Positions 8,611-17,605 of a DNA stretch of 42,202 bases are shown piece after piece. The position numbers and the translations under genes are program-made. Each line of letters starts with the position of its first letter. Within the stretch, counting starts at the first letter, position 1. Origin of the DNA: Fimbriimonadales bacterium. Its GTDB lineage: Bacteria; Armatimonadota; Fimbriimonadia; Fimbriimonadales; JABRVX01. The notes under the pieces were generated by a model, which worked only from the letters and a program-made list of their open reading frames with translations, was not told the DNA's origin and searched no databases. Location of the stretch: NCBI GenBank assembly GCA_045862955.1, contig BTVI01000029.1:1-42202 (forward strand). The letters are read 5' to 3'.

Positions 8611-9567
8611 ATGGACCCCAGGCTGGACCAGCTCGATTCCCGATTCCGCGACCTAGTCGTGCAACGCCTGGGCACGTATTACAGGCGGCCGTTCAGCAAA
8701 GCGTTCCTCGACTCCCTACCCCGCAAGATCTGGTTCGTGCGAGTGCCGAAGGACTGGAACATCGGGCAATACGACTGGACGGGCAGGCCGGAGGCGCAGA
8801 AACTGTCGGAGCGCTACGACGCGCGCCTTGCCCTCGGCATCACCGCGCACTGCGTGGGCTTCGGTGCGGCGTTCGCGGCGATGGTCGCAGGGCTCTCGGG
8901 TGCCGGTCCCGAGCTGGCCGTCTCGCTCACGGCCCCGGGAATGCTCGTCGGCATATTGCCTTGGATCCTCGAGCTCGTCTGGCGCAGGCGATTGCGGCGT
9001 CGGGTGACGCAAGAAGAGCTGCGCTTGGCGCTGGCCGAAGAGCCACTCAACCGCGCCGAGAGGCGCTACCTGGCGATATTGAACGAGATCTACCTCCTTC
9101 CACCGGCCGCGCACGCAGAGGGCGTGCGCGTGCTGGAGAGCGTCAACGAAGTGATGGCACAGTACAGAGAACTGGAGCGCAAGCGTGTCATTCTGCCATC
9201 TGGTCCGGATGATGCTGCAATCGCCCGAAACGAGGCCGAGATCGAGAAGGTCCGATCGGCGATGGAGAACGAGACCGACGCCTACGTCCTGGCAGCCCAT
9301 CGAGAGCGGATCGCCGCCCTGGAGGCCACGAACGAGAACCTCCGTCGAGTCGGCACGTTAGGGCGCCGAGTCGCAGCGCAGATGCGAGCTATGGAGACGC
9401 TGCTCGAGGGAGCCACGGCGGGGCTGGCGCGCATGAGACTGGCGGAGGCAGCGGGCTTGGACGACGACACCCGCCACCTTGCGGATCGACTGCACCAAAT
9501 GGCCTCAGAAAGCAGCTCGCTCGAAGCCGCCCTAGAGGAAATGCGCGAGTTGCGCGAGGGGCTCTAG
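8611..9567 (+). CDS. Hypothetical protein with two TM helices and a long C-terminal coiled coil
   Basis: 318-aa ORF filling the gap, with a hydrophobic hairpin at aa ~72-123 and a heptad-rich helical C-terminus. CATAAT lies 8 nt before the ATG. Confidence 0.75.
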   Translation: MDPRLDQLDSRFRDLVVQRLGTYYRRPFSKAFLDSLPRKIWFVRVPKDWNIGQYDWTGRPEAQKLSERYDARLALGITAHCVGFGAAFAAMVAGLSGAGPELAVSLTAPGMLVGILPWILELVWRRRLRRRVTQEELRLALAEEPLNRAERRYLAILNEIYLLPPAAHAEGVRVLESVNEVMAQYRELERKRVILPSGPDDAAIARNEAEIEKVRSAMENETDAYVLAAHRERIAALEATNENLRRVGTLGRRVAAQMRAMETLLEGATAGLARMRLAEAAGLDDDTRHLADRLHQMASESSSLEAALEEMRELREGL

Positions 9568-9693
9568 CCGAGCGAACGCCATCGCGAAAAACCCGTAGTC
9601 CCATCGCGCGCAGGGCCAGCCGAATTGTGGCGGAATCTTGTCTTTATTGATAGACGTCCGAGCCGGCGACCCGAATGAAAGGTCGTGAGTCGA

Positions 9694-10425
9694 ATGAGCG
9701 GAGCAAAGCCCGCCGCACCGCGAGCGTTCACACTAATCGAGCTGCTCGTAGTCATCGCTATCATCGCGATCCTCGCAGCCATCCTGTTCCCCGTGTTCGC
9801 ACGCGCCCGCGAGTCGAGCCAGAACACCGTGTGCAGTACGCACATGCGCCAAGTCGGCCTCTCGATCACGCTGTATTACGGCGACTACAACGAGACGCTG
9901 CCGATCACATGGACCTGGACGCAAGGCTGGTGCGACAAGAACGCGAGTTGGAAGCAACTGTGCAAGCACTACCAGAAGGAAGACAACCTGTACAAGTGCC
10001 CGCTCTATTCGGGGCCGCGAGTGGATTGCACCGACTACTTCGTCAACCCTCAGGTTCGTTGGACGGGCGAGTACGGCGTGAACAACTGGGCATACATAGA
10101 CAGTTTCACGAATGCCGACCCCAATGCGGGCGACTACTACCGCAAGCGCTCGGCGAAGGTGATCGGTATGGGGGCGCCTGCCGAGACCATCATCGTGAGC
10201 GAGAACGGGGACGGCGACTGGATCTCCGAGCCCGAGGACCTGCAGTGCAAGGACCCGGTATCCGGGTTCACCATGCACACGGTGGACCCTGGTGTCATCA
10301 AGTTCCGGCACGTGGGAAAGCGATCGGCAACGGTGGCCTTCGTGGACGGGCACATGAAAATGTTGACCCGCGACCAGCTTCACGCACGCAACTGCTACTA
10401 CTGGTGGCGCCAGAAGAAGGAGTAA
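9694..10425 (+). CDS. Prepilin-type N-terminal cleavage/methylation protein with C-terminal H-X9-DG-like motif (DUF1559-like)
   Basis: RAFTLIELLVVIAIIAILAAILFPVFARARE, C..HMRQVGL..YYGDY, YKCP and RHVGKRSATVAFVDGH. Confidence 0.92.
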   Translation: MSGAKPAAPRAFTLIELLVVIAIIAILAAILFPVFARARESSQNTVCSTHMRQVGLSITLYYGDYNETLPITWTWTQGWCDKNASWKQLCKHYQKEDNLYKCPLYSGPRVDCTDYFVNPQVRWTGEYGVNNWAYIDSFTNADPNAGDYYRKRSAKVIGMGAPAETIIVSENGDGDWISEPEDLQCKDPVSGFTMHTVDPGVIKFRHVGKRSATVAFVDGHMKMLTRDQLHARNCYYWWRQKKE

Positions 10426-10455
10426 GGGTGCGGCTCGACGGACCGCTAGGGGAGA

Positions 10456-10522
<67 letters not shown>

Positions 10523-10532
<10 letters not shown>

Positions 10533-10906
10533 ACAGGACATTCATTATACTCGGCCCTCGGCGGGACCGCAACAGATGTCGAACCTGCGAGGGTTTCTGG
10601 GAAGCCGACGACACCAAGACTCTCTGCTACGGCTTCGTCCGCGCCTCCCGCGTGAAGATATTCCTCGACGATCTCGACTTCGCGTGGCGAAAAGCCGTAC
10701 AACCGGTACATTACCAGGTCCAACAGCTCGCGAGCGTCTTCCGCGGGCTCGTTCGCGGCGACCCGCGATGCGATGTCCGCGGCAAGCAGCGCAACGAAGC
10801 GGCCGACCGCCGCAGACGCGGGCTGTGCGGCGGAGGGGGGGACTAGGGATTCCAGCCACCTCCCGATCGGCGACCGCAGGAACTGCTCGTAGCGCTCTCG
10901 AGACAT
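10523..10906 (-). CDS. Small hypothetical protein resembling the C-terminal helical tail of type IIG/TaqI-like restriction-modification enzymes
   Basis: LLDLVMYRLYGFSPREVEIVE resembles the IDxxVYxLYGLxxEEIxIVE tail. TAGACT -10 lies 6 nt before the ATG. Confidence 0.6.
10544..10572 (-). promoter_or_regulatory. sigma70 promoter of tRNA-Ile
   Basis: TTGCGG, N17, TATAAT on the minus strand, 11 nt upstream of the tRNA. Confidence 0.75.
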
Positions 10907-10924
10907 GCGGGAAGTCTACCTAGC

Positions 10925-12676
10925 TCAGGCAGACAGGCGGTCGTCCGCAGTGGCCAGGCACACTCGGTCACGCCCGGAGCGCTTGGCGTTGTAGAGTGCC
11001 GCGTCGGCCTCCGCCACCAGATCGCCGGGGGTCTTGATTCCGGGCCCGAGGCTGGCCACCCCCAAGCTGATAGTGATGGGAGTTCCGAACAAGACTAGCT
11101 TGTGCGCTGCCTGGCGTGCTCGCTCGGCAAAGGCGACGGCGCCTCGAGCGTCGGTGTGAGGCAAGATCACCGCGAACTCTTCGCCACCGTAGCGCGCGCA
11201 GCTATCCGTTTCTCGTGCGAGGCTCTGGAGCAGCGCGGCCACCTCGCGAAGGGCCTCATCGCCGCCCGGATGCCCGTGACGGTCGTTGAACTGCTTGAAG
11301 TGGTCCACGTCAATCATCACGAGGCTGAGTGGCATGCCGTGGCGTGTGGCCATCGCGAAGGCTTCCGCGAGCTTGTCGTGGAAGCTTCGGTGGTTGATGA
11401 GGCCAGTGAGGCCGTCCGTGTGCGCCATCTGTTGGAGGCGCTTGTTCAGTGTCTCCAGCTGAGAATTCTGCCATTGGAGTTGTTCGCTGAGCGTCTGCAC
11501 CTCGACGCTGTAGTCGGCCATCTCCTCGTTGAGTGCCTGGAAAGTGTCGAGTTGCGCAGCGATTTCCGCCTTTTGGTCTTCCAAGGTGGAGAAGGCAGCA
11601 GCGAGCTCGTCGGCCATCGCGTTGAAGCTCTGTGCAAATACGTCGAAGGCGTCTCCCGTGCCATTCGTTTCCATTCTGGCGGAGAGGTTCCCTGCGGCTA
11701 CGCTGCGTGCGATTTCGGCACTGGCCATCAGCGGACGATTCACCATCGCCCCGATGCGGATGCCGATCAAGGCTGCAAGCAGTACCGACAAGGTCAGCGA
11801 GGCAATAGTGATTAGCCTTCCGAACGCCGAGATCAACGCGAAGCCAGTGCTGGGTCGCAGGACGGCGAGCGTGGCGACTCGATTGCCTTCGGCGTCGAAG
11901 ATCGGTCCGAACGCGACGTGCGAGCCCGGTGGGCCATCGGGCAACTTAGCGACACCCTGCCGGTCACGCCACAGCTCCAGTTGGCTCGGCGTAAGCGCGT
12001 CCGACTGTGGGCCGGACGCCACGAAGTGCCCGCCCGAGAGCAGGGCCATGGAGAATCCGGTGACCTGAACCACGGCGTCCAGCATCTCCTGGTCCACGTA
12101 CCGCGCGACGAAAATGGCGCCAGCGGGGAGAATGTCGCTGCTTGGGGGACGGATGGGAGCGGCGCTGACCGCTGCGAGCCGGCCGTTCAAGCGGAAGAAA
12201 CCGGAGGCGTGAGATCCCGCGAGGGCGCTCTCCACGCCGGGAAGCTGCGTCGGGTTCTCGAGCGCCTCTTTGGACAGCGGACCATGAGACCACGTCAAGT
12301 CGGCGTACGACGACCGTACGAGGATAACGGTCGGCTCAACTCTCCACGGCAGGGTCAACAGGTTCCTGGTGAGCCACCTGCCGTCACCACTCCGGACTGC
12401 CGCGAACAGCGCAGGCCGGATTCCCATGTCCCGGGCGAGGTCTTCGACGGCCCGGAGGCTGATGGACATGCCGCGCTGGGCGTGCTCGAAACTTCGTTCT
12501 GCTTCGTGCTCTGCCTCGCGCTGCATCTCCGCGGCCCCGAACTGGCGAAGGATGAGGAACTGGCAGAGGAGCGCGGTCAGCACGGCAAAGAACAGCAGCC
12601 CCTTCACCCGGGTGTGAAACGGCCACCGCCCCAATCGCCGGTTCAGTCTCTCTCCTAAGTTCGCCAAGTCACCCAA
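10925..12676 (-). CDS. Membrane diguanylate cyclase (extracytoplasmic Cache/CHASE4-like sensor, HAMP, coiled coil, GGDEF)
   Basis: Two TM helices, HAMP (PL..S..IARSVAAGNL), TDGLTGL, IDVDHFKQFND, RETD I-site, RYGGEEF and ADAALYNAK. Start uncertain. Confidence 0.93.
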   Translation of the reverse strand: MGDLANLGERLNRRLGRWPFHTRVKGLLFFAVLTALLCQFLILRQFGAAEMQREAEHEAERSFEHAQRGMSISLRAVEDLARDMGIRPALFAAVRSGDGRWLTRNLLTLPWRVEPTVILVRSSYADLTWSHGPLSKEALENPTQLPGVESALAGSHASGFFRLNGRLAAVSAAPIRPPSSDILPAGAIFVARYVDQEMLDAVVQVTGFSMALLSGGHFVASGPQSDALTPSQLELWRDRQGVAKLPDGPPGSHVAFGPIFDAEGNRVATLAVLRPSTGFALISAFGRLITIASLTLSVLLAALIGIRIGAMVNRPLMASAEIARSVAAGNLSARMETNGTGDAFDVFAQSFNAMADELAAAFSTLEDQKAEIAAQLDTFQALNEEMADYSVEVQTLSEQLQWQNSQLETLNKRLQQMAHTDGLTGLINHRSFHDKLAEAFAMATRHGMPLSLVMIDVDHFKQFNDRHGHPGGDEALREVAALLQSLARETDSCARYGGEEFAVILPHTDARGAVAFAERARQAAHKLVLFGTPITISLGVASLGPGIKTPGDLVAEADAALYNAKRSGRDRVCLATADDRLSA

Positions 12677-12784
12677 CCGCGCGCGCAGGTAGCCCGCGCA
12701 CTACCCTACAGGTTCCACTCCAGCATCTCTGAGAGAGCCCATGGATTTGCGGGGTTGGGGTGGCTTGGTCGGCGTTCTGGTAGT

Positions 12785-13822
12785 TCAGGGGCCGAAGCGG
12801 ACCTCGCGTGCGCCGGAAGTCACCTCGCCAATCTGCCAGACGTTCTCGCCGCTCTCTCGCAGCCGTGCCACCACGGACCCGGCCTCCGACCGCTCGACCG
12901 CCATAACGAGGCCCACCCCGAGGTTGAACACGTGGAGCATCTCGCGGTCCGGCACGCCACCCGCCCGGATGAGGCCGAAGAGGGGTGGCTCCTGCCAGCT
13001 ATTGCGGTCCACGAACGCTGCGCAGCCGGACGGAAGCATTCGAGGTACGTTGTCCACGAGCCCGCCGCCGGTGATGTGCGCGATGCCTTTCACCGGTCCT
13101 CCGGGTCCGAGAAGGGGAGACACCGAGGCAAGATAGCAGCGATGGGTGGCGAGCAGGGCATCTCTGGGCGTCACGCCGAGTTGGGGGTGAATGTCGTCGG
13201 GCGCTAACGTGAGGATCTCGAATAGCACCCGCCGGGCGAGCGTGTAGCCGTTCGTGTGCAGTCCGGTGCTGGCGAGAGCGATGAGCGCGTCTCCGGGCCG
13301 GATGTCTGGCCTCGGAAGTCGGGCGGCCTTCGGCACCACTCCGACGATGCATCCTGCAAGCTCGAATGCCCCGTGACAGTACACGTCCGGCATCTCCGCT
13401 GTCTCTCCCCCGAGCAACGCGCAGCCCACCGCCTCGCACGCCGCCGCGATGCCTTTCAGCACATACTGAAATGCGTGCGGGTCGATGGTGGAGGCGCCGA
13501 AGTAGTCGAGGAGGAAGAGTGGGCGCGCGCCCTGCGCCAGGATATCGTTGACACAGTGATGGACGATGTCTGCACCGATGCCTTCGAAGTGCCGAGGGGT
13601 GACCGCGAGCATTGTCTTCGTGCCGACGCCGTCTATGCTCGCCACGAGGACGGGGGCATCGATCCCTGGGAAGTGAGCCAGATACATGCCTCCGAACTCG
13701 CCGACGTCGGAGAGAACGTTCGGGCCGTGGGTGTTGCGGATCAGGTTCTCGACCAGCGTAAGGCCCTCTTTCGCTCGGGCAATGTCTACACCGGCGGCTG
13801 CATAGTATGTGGGCTTCTCCAA
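12785..13822 (-). CDS. purM: Phosphoribosylformylglycinamidine cyclo-ligase (AIR synthase)
   Basis: YAAAGVD, IDGVGTK, GGETAEMP, STGLHTNGY, AHITGGG and FNLGVG motifs. Confidence 0.97.
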   Translation of the reverse strand: MEKPTYYAAAGVDIARAKEGLTLVENLIRNTHGPNVLSDVGEFGGMYLAHFPGIDAPVLVASIDGVGTKTMLAVTPRHFEGIGADIVHHCVNDILAQGARPLFLLDYFGASTIDPHAFQYVLKGIAAACEAVGCALLGGETAEMPDVYCHGAFELAGCIVGVVPKAARLPRPDIRPGDALIALASTGLHTNGYTLARRVLFEILTLAPDDIHPQLGVTPRDALLATHRCYLASVSPLLGPGGPVKGIAHITGGGLVDNVPRMLPSGCAAFVDRNSWQEPPLFGLIRAGGVPDREMLHVFNLGVGLVMAVERSEAGSVVARLRESGENVWQIGEVTSGAREVRFGP

Positions 13823-13825
13823 ACC

Positions 13826-15289
13826 TCAGCCCTCTCGCGAGGCCTGCACCAACGTGCGGCGGTCTTCTCGCACCTTTTCGAAAACATCCTTGGCCACCAG
13901 CTTCTCGCGCGGGATGGGCACAGGGTAGTCGCCGGTGAAGCACGCAGTGCAGTGTCGGCCGGGACCATCTCCCACCGCTTCGATTAGCCCCTGGACGCTG
14001 AGGTACCCCAGGGTGTCCGCGCCTAGCTTCGCGCGGATCTCGTCCACGGAGTAGTTGGCGGCGATCAGCTCCTTATGCGTGGCCATGTCGATCCCGTAGT
14101 AGCAGGGATGGCGGATCGGCGGAGCGGTGATGCGTAGGTGCACCTCGGCGGCGCCCGCCTCGCGCACCAGTCGCACGATTTGTCCTGTCGTCGTACCCCT
14201 TACGATGCTGTCGTCCACCAGCACGATGCGCTTGCCTTCGATGTATTCGGCCAGGGGGTTCAACTTCAGCCGTACCCCCATCGCCCGCATCCGCTGTTCC
14301 GGTTCGATGAAGGTGCGGTGGATGTAGCGGCTTTTGATGAGAGCCTCCTGGAACGGGATGCCGGAGTGTCTGCTGAAGCCGATGGCAGCGGGGACGCCGG
14401 TATCGGGAACCGGCACCACCATGTCGGCATCGGCGGGGTGCTCCTCGGCCAGGCGCGCGCCCATTCGCTGCCTGGCCCGGTGAAGCAGGTGCCCACCCAT
14501 CACGCTATCGGGGCGTGCGAAGTAGATCGCCTCGAATACGCACAGGCGGTCTTGGCACGGCAGTCCACTTCGAACGCTCCGCAGGCCGTGTTCGCTGATG
14601 ATGACGACCTCCCCAGGCTTCACGTCGCGTACCAGCTTGGCGCGTACGGGCCCGAACGCACAAGACTCGGAAGCGAGCACCCAGTCGCCTTCGGTTTTTC
14701 CAATGGACAGCGGTCGGATTCCGTTCGGGTCGCGCACGCCGATGAGCTGCGTTGGGGTGAGGATGACGAGGGAGAACGCTCCTTGCAAGCGTTCGACAGT
14801 TCGAAGAACCGCTCGCCCGATGCTCTCCTCATCCGAATGCATGATCAGCTTGGCGATCACCTCGCTATCGCTCGTCGAGTCGAACTCGATGCCCTTGGCT
14901 TGGAGCTCGAGACGCAAGGCGTGGGCATTGATCAGGTTTCCGTTGTGCACCACGGCGATGGAGCCGACGTTGCTCGCGCAGAAGATGGGCTGGGCGTTCT
15001 GCAAGACGCTGGAACCGGTGGTCGAATAGCGGGTGTGCCCGACAGCAATGTGACCCTCGAGGCCTGCTAGCGTCTCCTCATTGAACACCTGCGTGACCAG
15101 CCCCATGCCCTTGAACATCCGGATAGTTCTGCCATCGGAAGCGGCGATGCCCGCGCTCTCCTGCCCTCGATGTTGGAGGTTGAACAGGCCGAAGAAGGCG
15201 AGGCGGGCTGCATCGGATGCGCGGGAGTACATGGCGAAGATGCCGCACTCCTCTTTCGGATGGTCGAGGTCTCGTGGCTCGACTACGAT
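13826..15289 (-). CDS. purF: Amidophosphoribosyltransferase with propeptide and probable non-canonical ATC start
   Basis: EE-CGIF (Cys codon 15245-15247), LQHRGQESAG, GHTRYST, HNGN, VDDSIVRGTT and Fe-S cysteines (CVFE, CYYG, CTAC). The product is certain; the start codon is inferred (see findings). Confidence 0.95.
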   Translation of the reverse strand: MVVEPRDLDHPKEECGIFAMYSRASDAARLAFFGLFNLQHRGQESAGIAASDGRTIRMFKGMGLVTQVFNEETLAGLEGHIAVGHTRYSTTGSSVLQNAQPIFCASNVGSIAVVHNGNLINAHALRLELQAKGIEFDSTSDSEVIAKLIMHSDEESIGRAVLRTVERLQGAFSLVILTPTQLIGVRDPNGIRPLSIGKTEGDWVLASESCAFGPVRAKLVRDVKPGEVVIISEHGLRSVRSGLPCQDRLCVFEAIYFARPDSVMGGHLLHRARQRMGARLAEEHPADADMVVPVPDTGVPAAIGFSRHSGIPFQEALIKSRYIHRTFIEPEQRMRAMGVRLKLNPLAEYIEGKRIVLVDDSIVRGTTTGQIVRLVREAGAAEVHLRITAPPIRHPCYYGIDMATHKELIAANYSVDEIRAKLGADTLGYLSVQGLIEAVGDGPGRHCTACFTGDYPVPIPREKLVAKDVFEKVREDRRTLVQASREG

Positions 15290-15333
15290 CGCCTTTTCCT
15301 CCCCTCATTGGCGCGATAGGACTAGGGGTTTCG

Positions 15334-15342
15334 AGTATAGCA
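15334..15342 (-). promoter_or_regulatory. Extended -10 promoter of purF-purM
   Basis: TGCTATACT on the minus strand about 45 nt upstream of the ATC. Confidence 0.6.
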
Positions 15343-15375
15343 CGCGGAAGCCGATTCTCCCGACAGGCCCGGGGG

Positions 15376-15405
15376 TTGACAGGAGAGAGCGGGTCCTGCT
15401 AGAAT
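15376..15405 (+). promoter_or_regulatory. Strong sigma70 promoter with no normal downstream gene
   Basis: TTGACA, N18, TAGAAT with a TG extension. Confidence 0.7.
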
Positions 15406-15410
15406 AACGT

Positions 15411-15500
15411 GTGGACACCAAGGATGGTGGGAACGAGGGAAGCCGCACGGATGCGGCTCCACCTTATTCCGCGGCGGTAAGGGCTGTCGTCGCTCGTTAC
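15411..15500 (+). ncRNA. Candidate small structured RNA (or sORF transcript)
   Basis: Follows the orphan promoter. Stems CACCA/TGGTG, and AACGAG/CTCGTT enclosing AGCCGCA/TGCGGCT and CCTTA/TAAGG. Confidence 0.4.
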
Positions 15501-16270
15501 GGCCCGCCGACATCCAACGCCTCCCGCACGCACTGCTCTGCCGCACTCACGATCCTATCTGCCGCGCCGAAGCTCTGTGGCCCGAGACCGTCGAGCCGGA
15601 TCCGCCACAAGTAGTCGCCCAGGTCCCGGTATCTGGCGCACAGACCGCGCCTCGCCAGCATCTTTACCCATCGCCTTCGCGGCTCCCTATCGTCCCGCAG
15701 CGCACCGGGGAGAAACCCCAACTCGATGCCCACGACAGGCAAATCGAAGCGCCTCAGCGCTGAGCACGGCAGGTTGTCGGCACCGCCTCCGTCCATGAGC
15801 CGCTGCCCGCCGACACGCACGGGCGAGAACGCCAGGGGAAGCGCACACGAAGCAGCAAGCGCTTGCCATACGGGCAGCTTCGGATCATCCAGGTACAGCG
15901 GCTGCGATGGATCGTGCGTCGGTGCTGCGCACACGATTGTCGGCACCCGACAGTCGCCGAGCGTGGCTGCACCGAACACTCGCCGTAGCTGCCTCCGCAC
16001 GGTCCAGCCTCTGCTCAGCAGAGCGAGTGAGAATGCGGATGGAGTCGCAAGCCGTAGGATATCGTCCAGCGCGTCGAGCCCGCGCAGGGCCCAGGCAGCC
16101 GCAACGATTGCCCCCATACTAGTACCCGCGATCGCTCTGGGTACGAGGCCCCGAGCCTCGAGCTCGCGCAACGCGCCGATGTGGGCAAGCCCGAGCGCCC
16201 CACCGCCACCGAGTGCGAGCGTGAACCCTTTCTCGCGCAAAGCTCGCTCGTCCACGCGCCATGTATACAC
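15497..16270 (-). CDS. Patatin-like phospholipase
   Basis: GGGGALG, GTSMG nucleophile and DGG motifs. Start uncertain. Confidence 0.9.
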   Translation of the reverse strand: MYTWRVDERALREKGFTLALGGGGALGLAHIGALRELEARGLVPRAIAGTSMGAIVAAAWALRGLDALDDILRLATPSAFSLALLSRGWTVRRQLRRVFGAATLGDCRVPTIVCAAPTHDPSQPLYLDDPKLPVWQALAASCALPLAFSPVRVGGQRLMDGGGADNLPCSALRRFDLPVVGIELGFLPGALRDDREPRRRWVKMLARRGLCARYRDLGDYLWRIRLDGLGPQSFGAADRIVSAAEQCVREALDVGGP

Positions 16271-16347
16271 TCTCGAGCGCGAGAGTTGCGGTAGATAGGG
16301 GCGACTCTTCCCTGGACCTGTATACTATCTGAAGCGGAGCGCAGATC

Positions 16348-17457
16348 ATGAGTGGCAGCGCGGGAAATATAGGTGCGCTAGAGCCAAGGGATGTCGTGTG
16401 GCTTCGACAGATCGTGGACGGGAACTTGGCGGGCATTTACCGGACGTCCCTAGACGGTCGCATCCTCTACTGCAACGATTCCTTTGCTCGAATGCTCGGC
16501 TACGACTCGACCGACGAGCTCAAGCGCGCGAAGGCTACCGACCTGTACCCGAGCGTACGGGCGCGCAACTCGTTCCTGAACACGCTTCGGGCACGCGGAT
16601 CGCTGCAGAACTTCGAACTGACCCTGCGACGCCGAGATGGACAGAAGGTCACGGTCCTGGAGAACGTGAGCTTGGTTCGCGGCTCGAACGGCGAAGCAGA
16701 CATCATCCAGGGCACCTCCGTAGACATCACCGAGTTGAAGGCGGTGGAGGCGGCGCTTCGCAAGAGCGAGGAGCAACATCGGTCCCTTGCCGAACGGCTT
16801 CGCGATCTCGCTCAGCACCTTCAGAGGGTTCGTGAGGAGGAGCGGGCCCGAATTGCGCGAGAGCTACACGACGAGCTTGGGCAAGCGCTCACCGCCCTGA
16901 AGCTGGACCTTCATTGGCTCGTCGAGCGCACCTCGGACACCGATCCAGCAACGGAGCGGCTGCGCTCCATGATCGGGCTCGTAGAGCAGACGATTGCGTG
17001 GGTTCGGAGGCTCTGTTCCGACCTGCGCCCCTCCATATTGGATGACCTCGGGCTGGCCGCCGCCATCGCATGGCTTGCGCAGGACGTCGAACGCCGGACG
17101 GGCATTAGGTGTCGCACTTCGGTGTCGAGCGAGCCGGCAGAGGTACCTGGCAACGTCGCAACTGCGGCGTTCCGAATCCTGCAGGAGAGCCTAACGAACG
17201 TCGTAAGACACGCCAACGCCACGGAAGTAGAGATAGCACTGAGCACGCGCGGTGGCAGGTTGGTGATGGAGGTTCGCGACAACGGGAGGGGTTTCCACCA
17301 GGCGAGACGGCGACTCGGGGTGTTCGGAGTTGCGGGGATGCAAGAGAGGGCGTTGGAACTCGGCGGCAAGCTGCGCGTGATCTCACGTAAGGGGGTTGGC
17401 ACGCGCGTCCGGCTCACCGTGCCACTCTCGCAGGGCGACGAGGTGGTGCTGCGGTGA
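16348..17457 (+). CDS. PAS-domain sensor histidine kinase (HisKA_3, NarX/UhpB-like)
   Basis: PAS domain, EEERARIARELHDELGQ, FRILQESLTNVVRHA, DNGRGF and GVGTRV. Confidence 0.95.
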   Translation: MSGSAGNIGALEPRDVVWLRQIVDGNLAGIYRTSLDGRILYCNDSFARMLGYDSTDELKRAKATDLYPSVRARNSFLNTLRARGSLQNFELTLRRRDGQKVTVLENVSLVRGSNGEADIIQGTSVDITELKAVEAALRKSEEQHRSLAERLRDLAQHLQRVREEERARIARELHDELGQALTALKLDLHWLVERTSDTDPATERLRSMIGLVEQTIAWVRRLCSDLRPSILDDLGLAAAIAWLAQDVERRTGIRCRTSVSSEPAEVPGNVATAAFRILQESLTNVVRHANATEVEIALSTRGGRLVMEVRDNGRGFHQARRRLGVFGVAGMQERALELGGKLRVISRKGVGTRVRLTVPLSQGDEVVLR

Positions 17458-17605
17458 CTCCCTCGATCGCGGTCTGCTCGGTCATCCGGGCGAGCGGTTG
17501 CACCGGCGAGGGACTAGCTCTCGATCTCCGTGTCCCACCTCCTTCCGCAGGGCTTTCTGGGGGCAGGGGCAGCCCGCGCAGCCATCTCGGTAGCGAGGCG
17601 GCGGG

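Noticed and set aside
13826..15232. ORF-track start of purF at ATG 15232, or purF as a pseudogene
   Set aside because: That ATG lies downstream of the catalytic Cys. The rest of the gene, the propeptide and the SD are intact, so an upstream non-canonical start fits better than decay.
17458..17605. Hairpin-rich gap between the kinase and regulator genes as an ncRNA
   Set aside because: The CCCTCG/CGAGGG pairing is imperfect and within chance expectation at this GC content, and there is no promoter.
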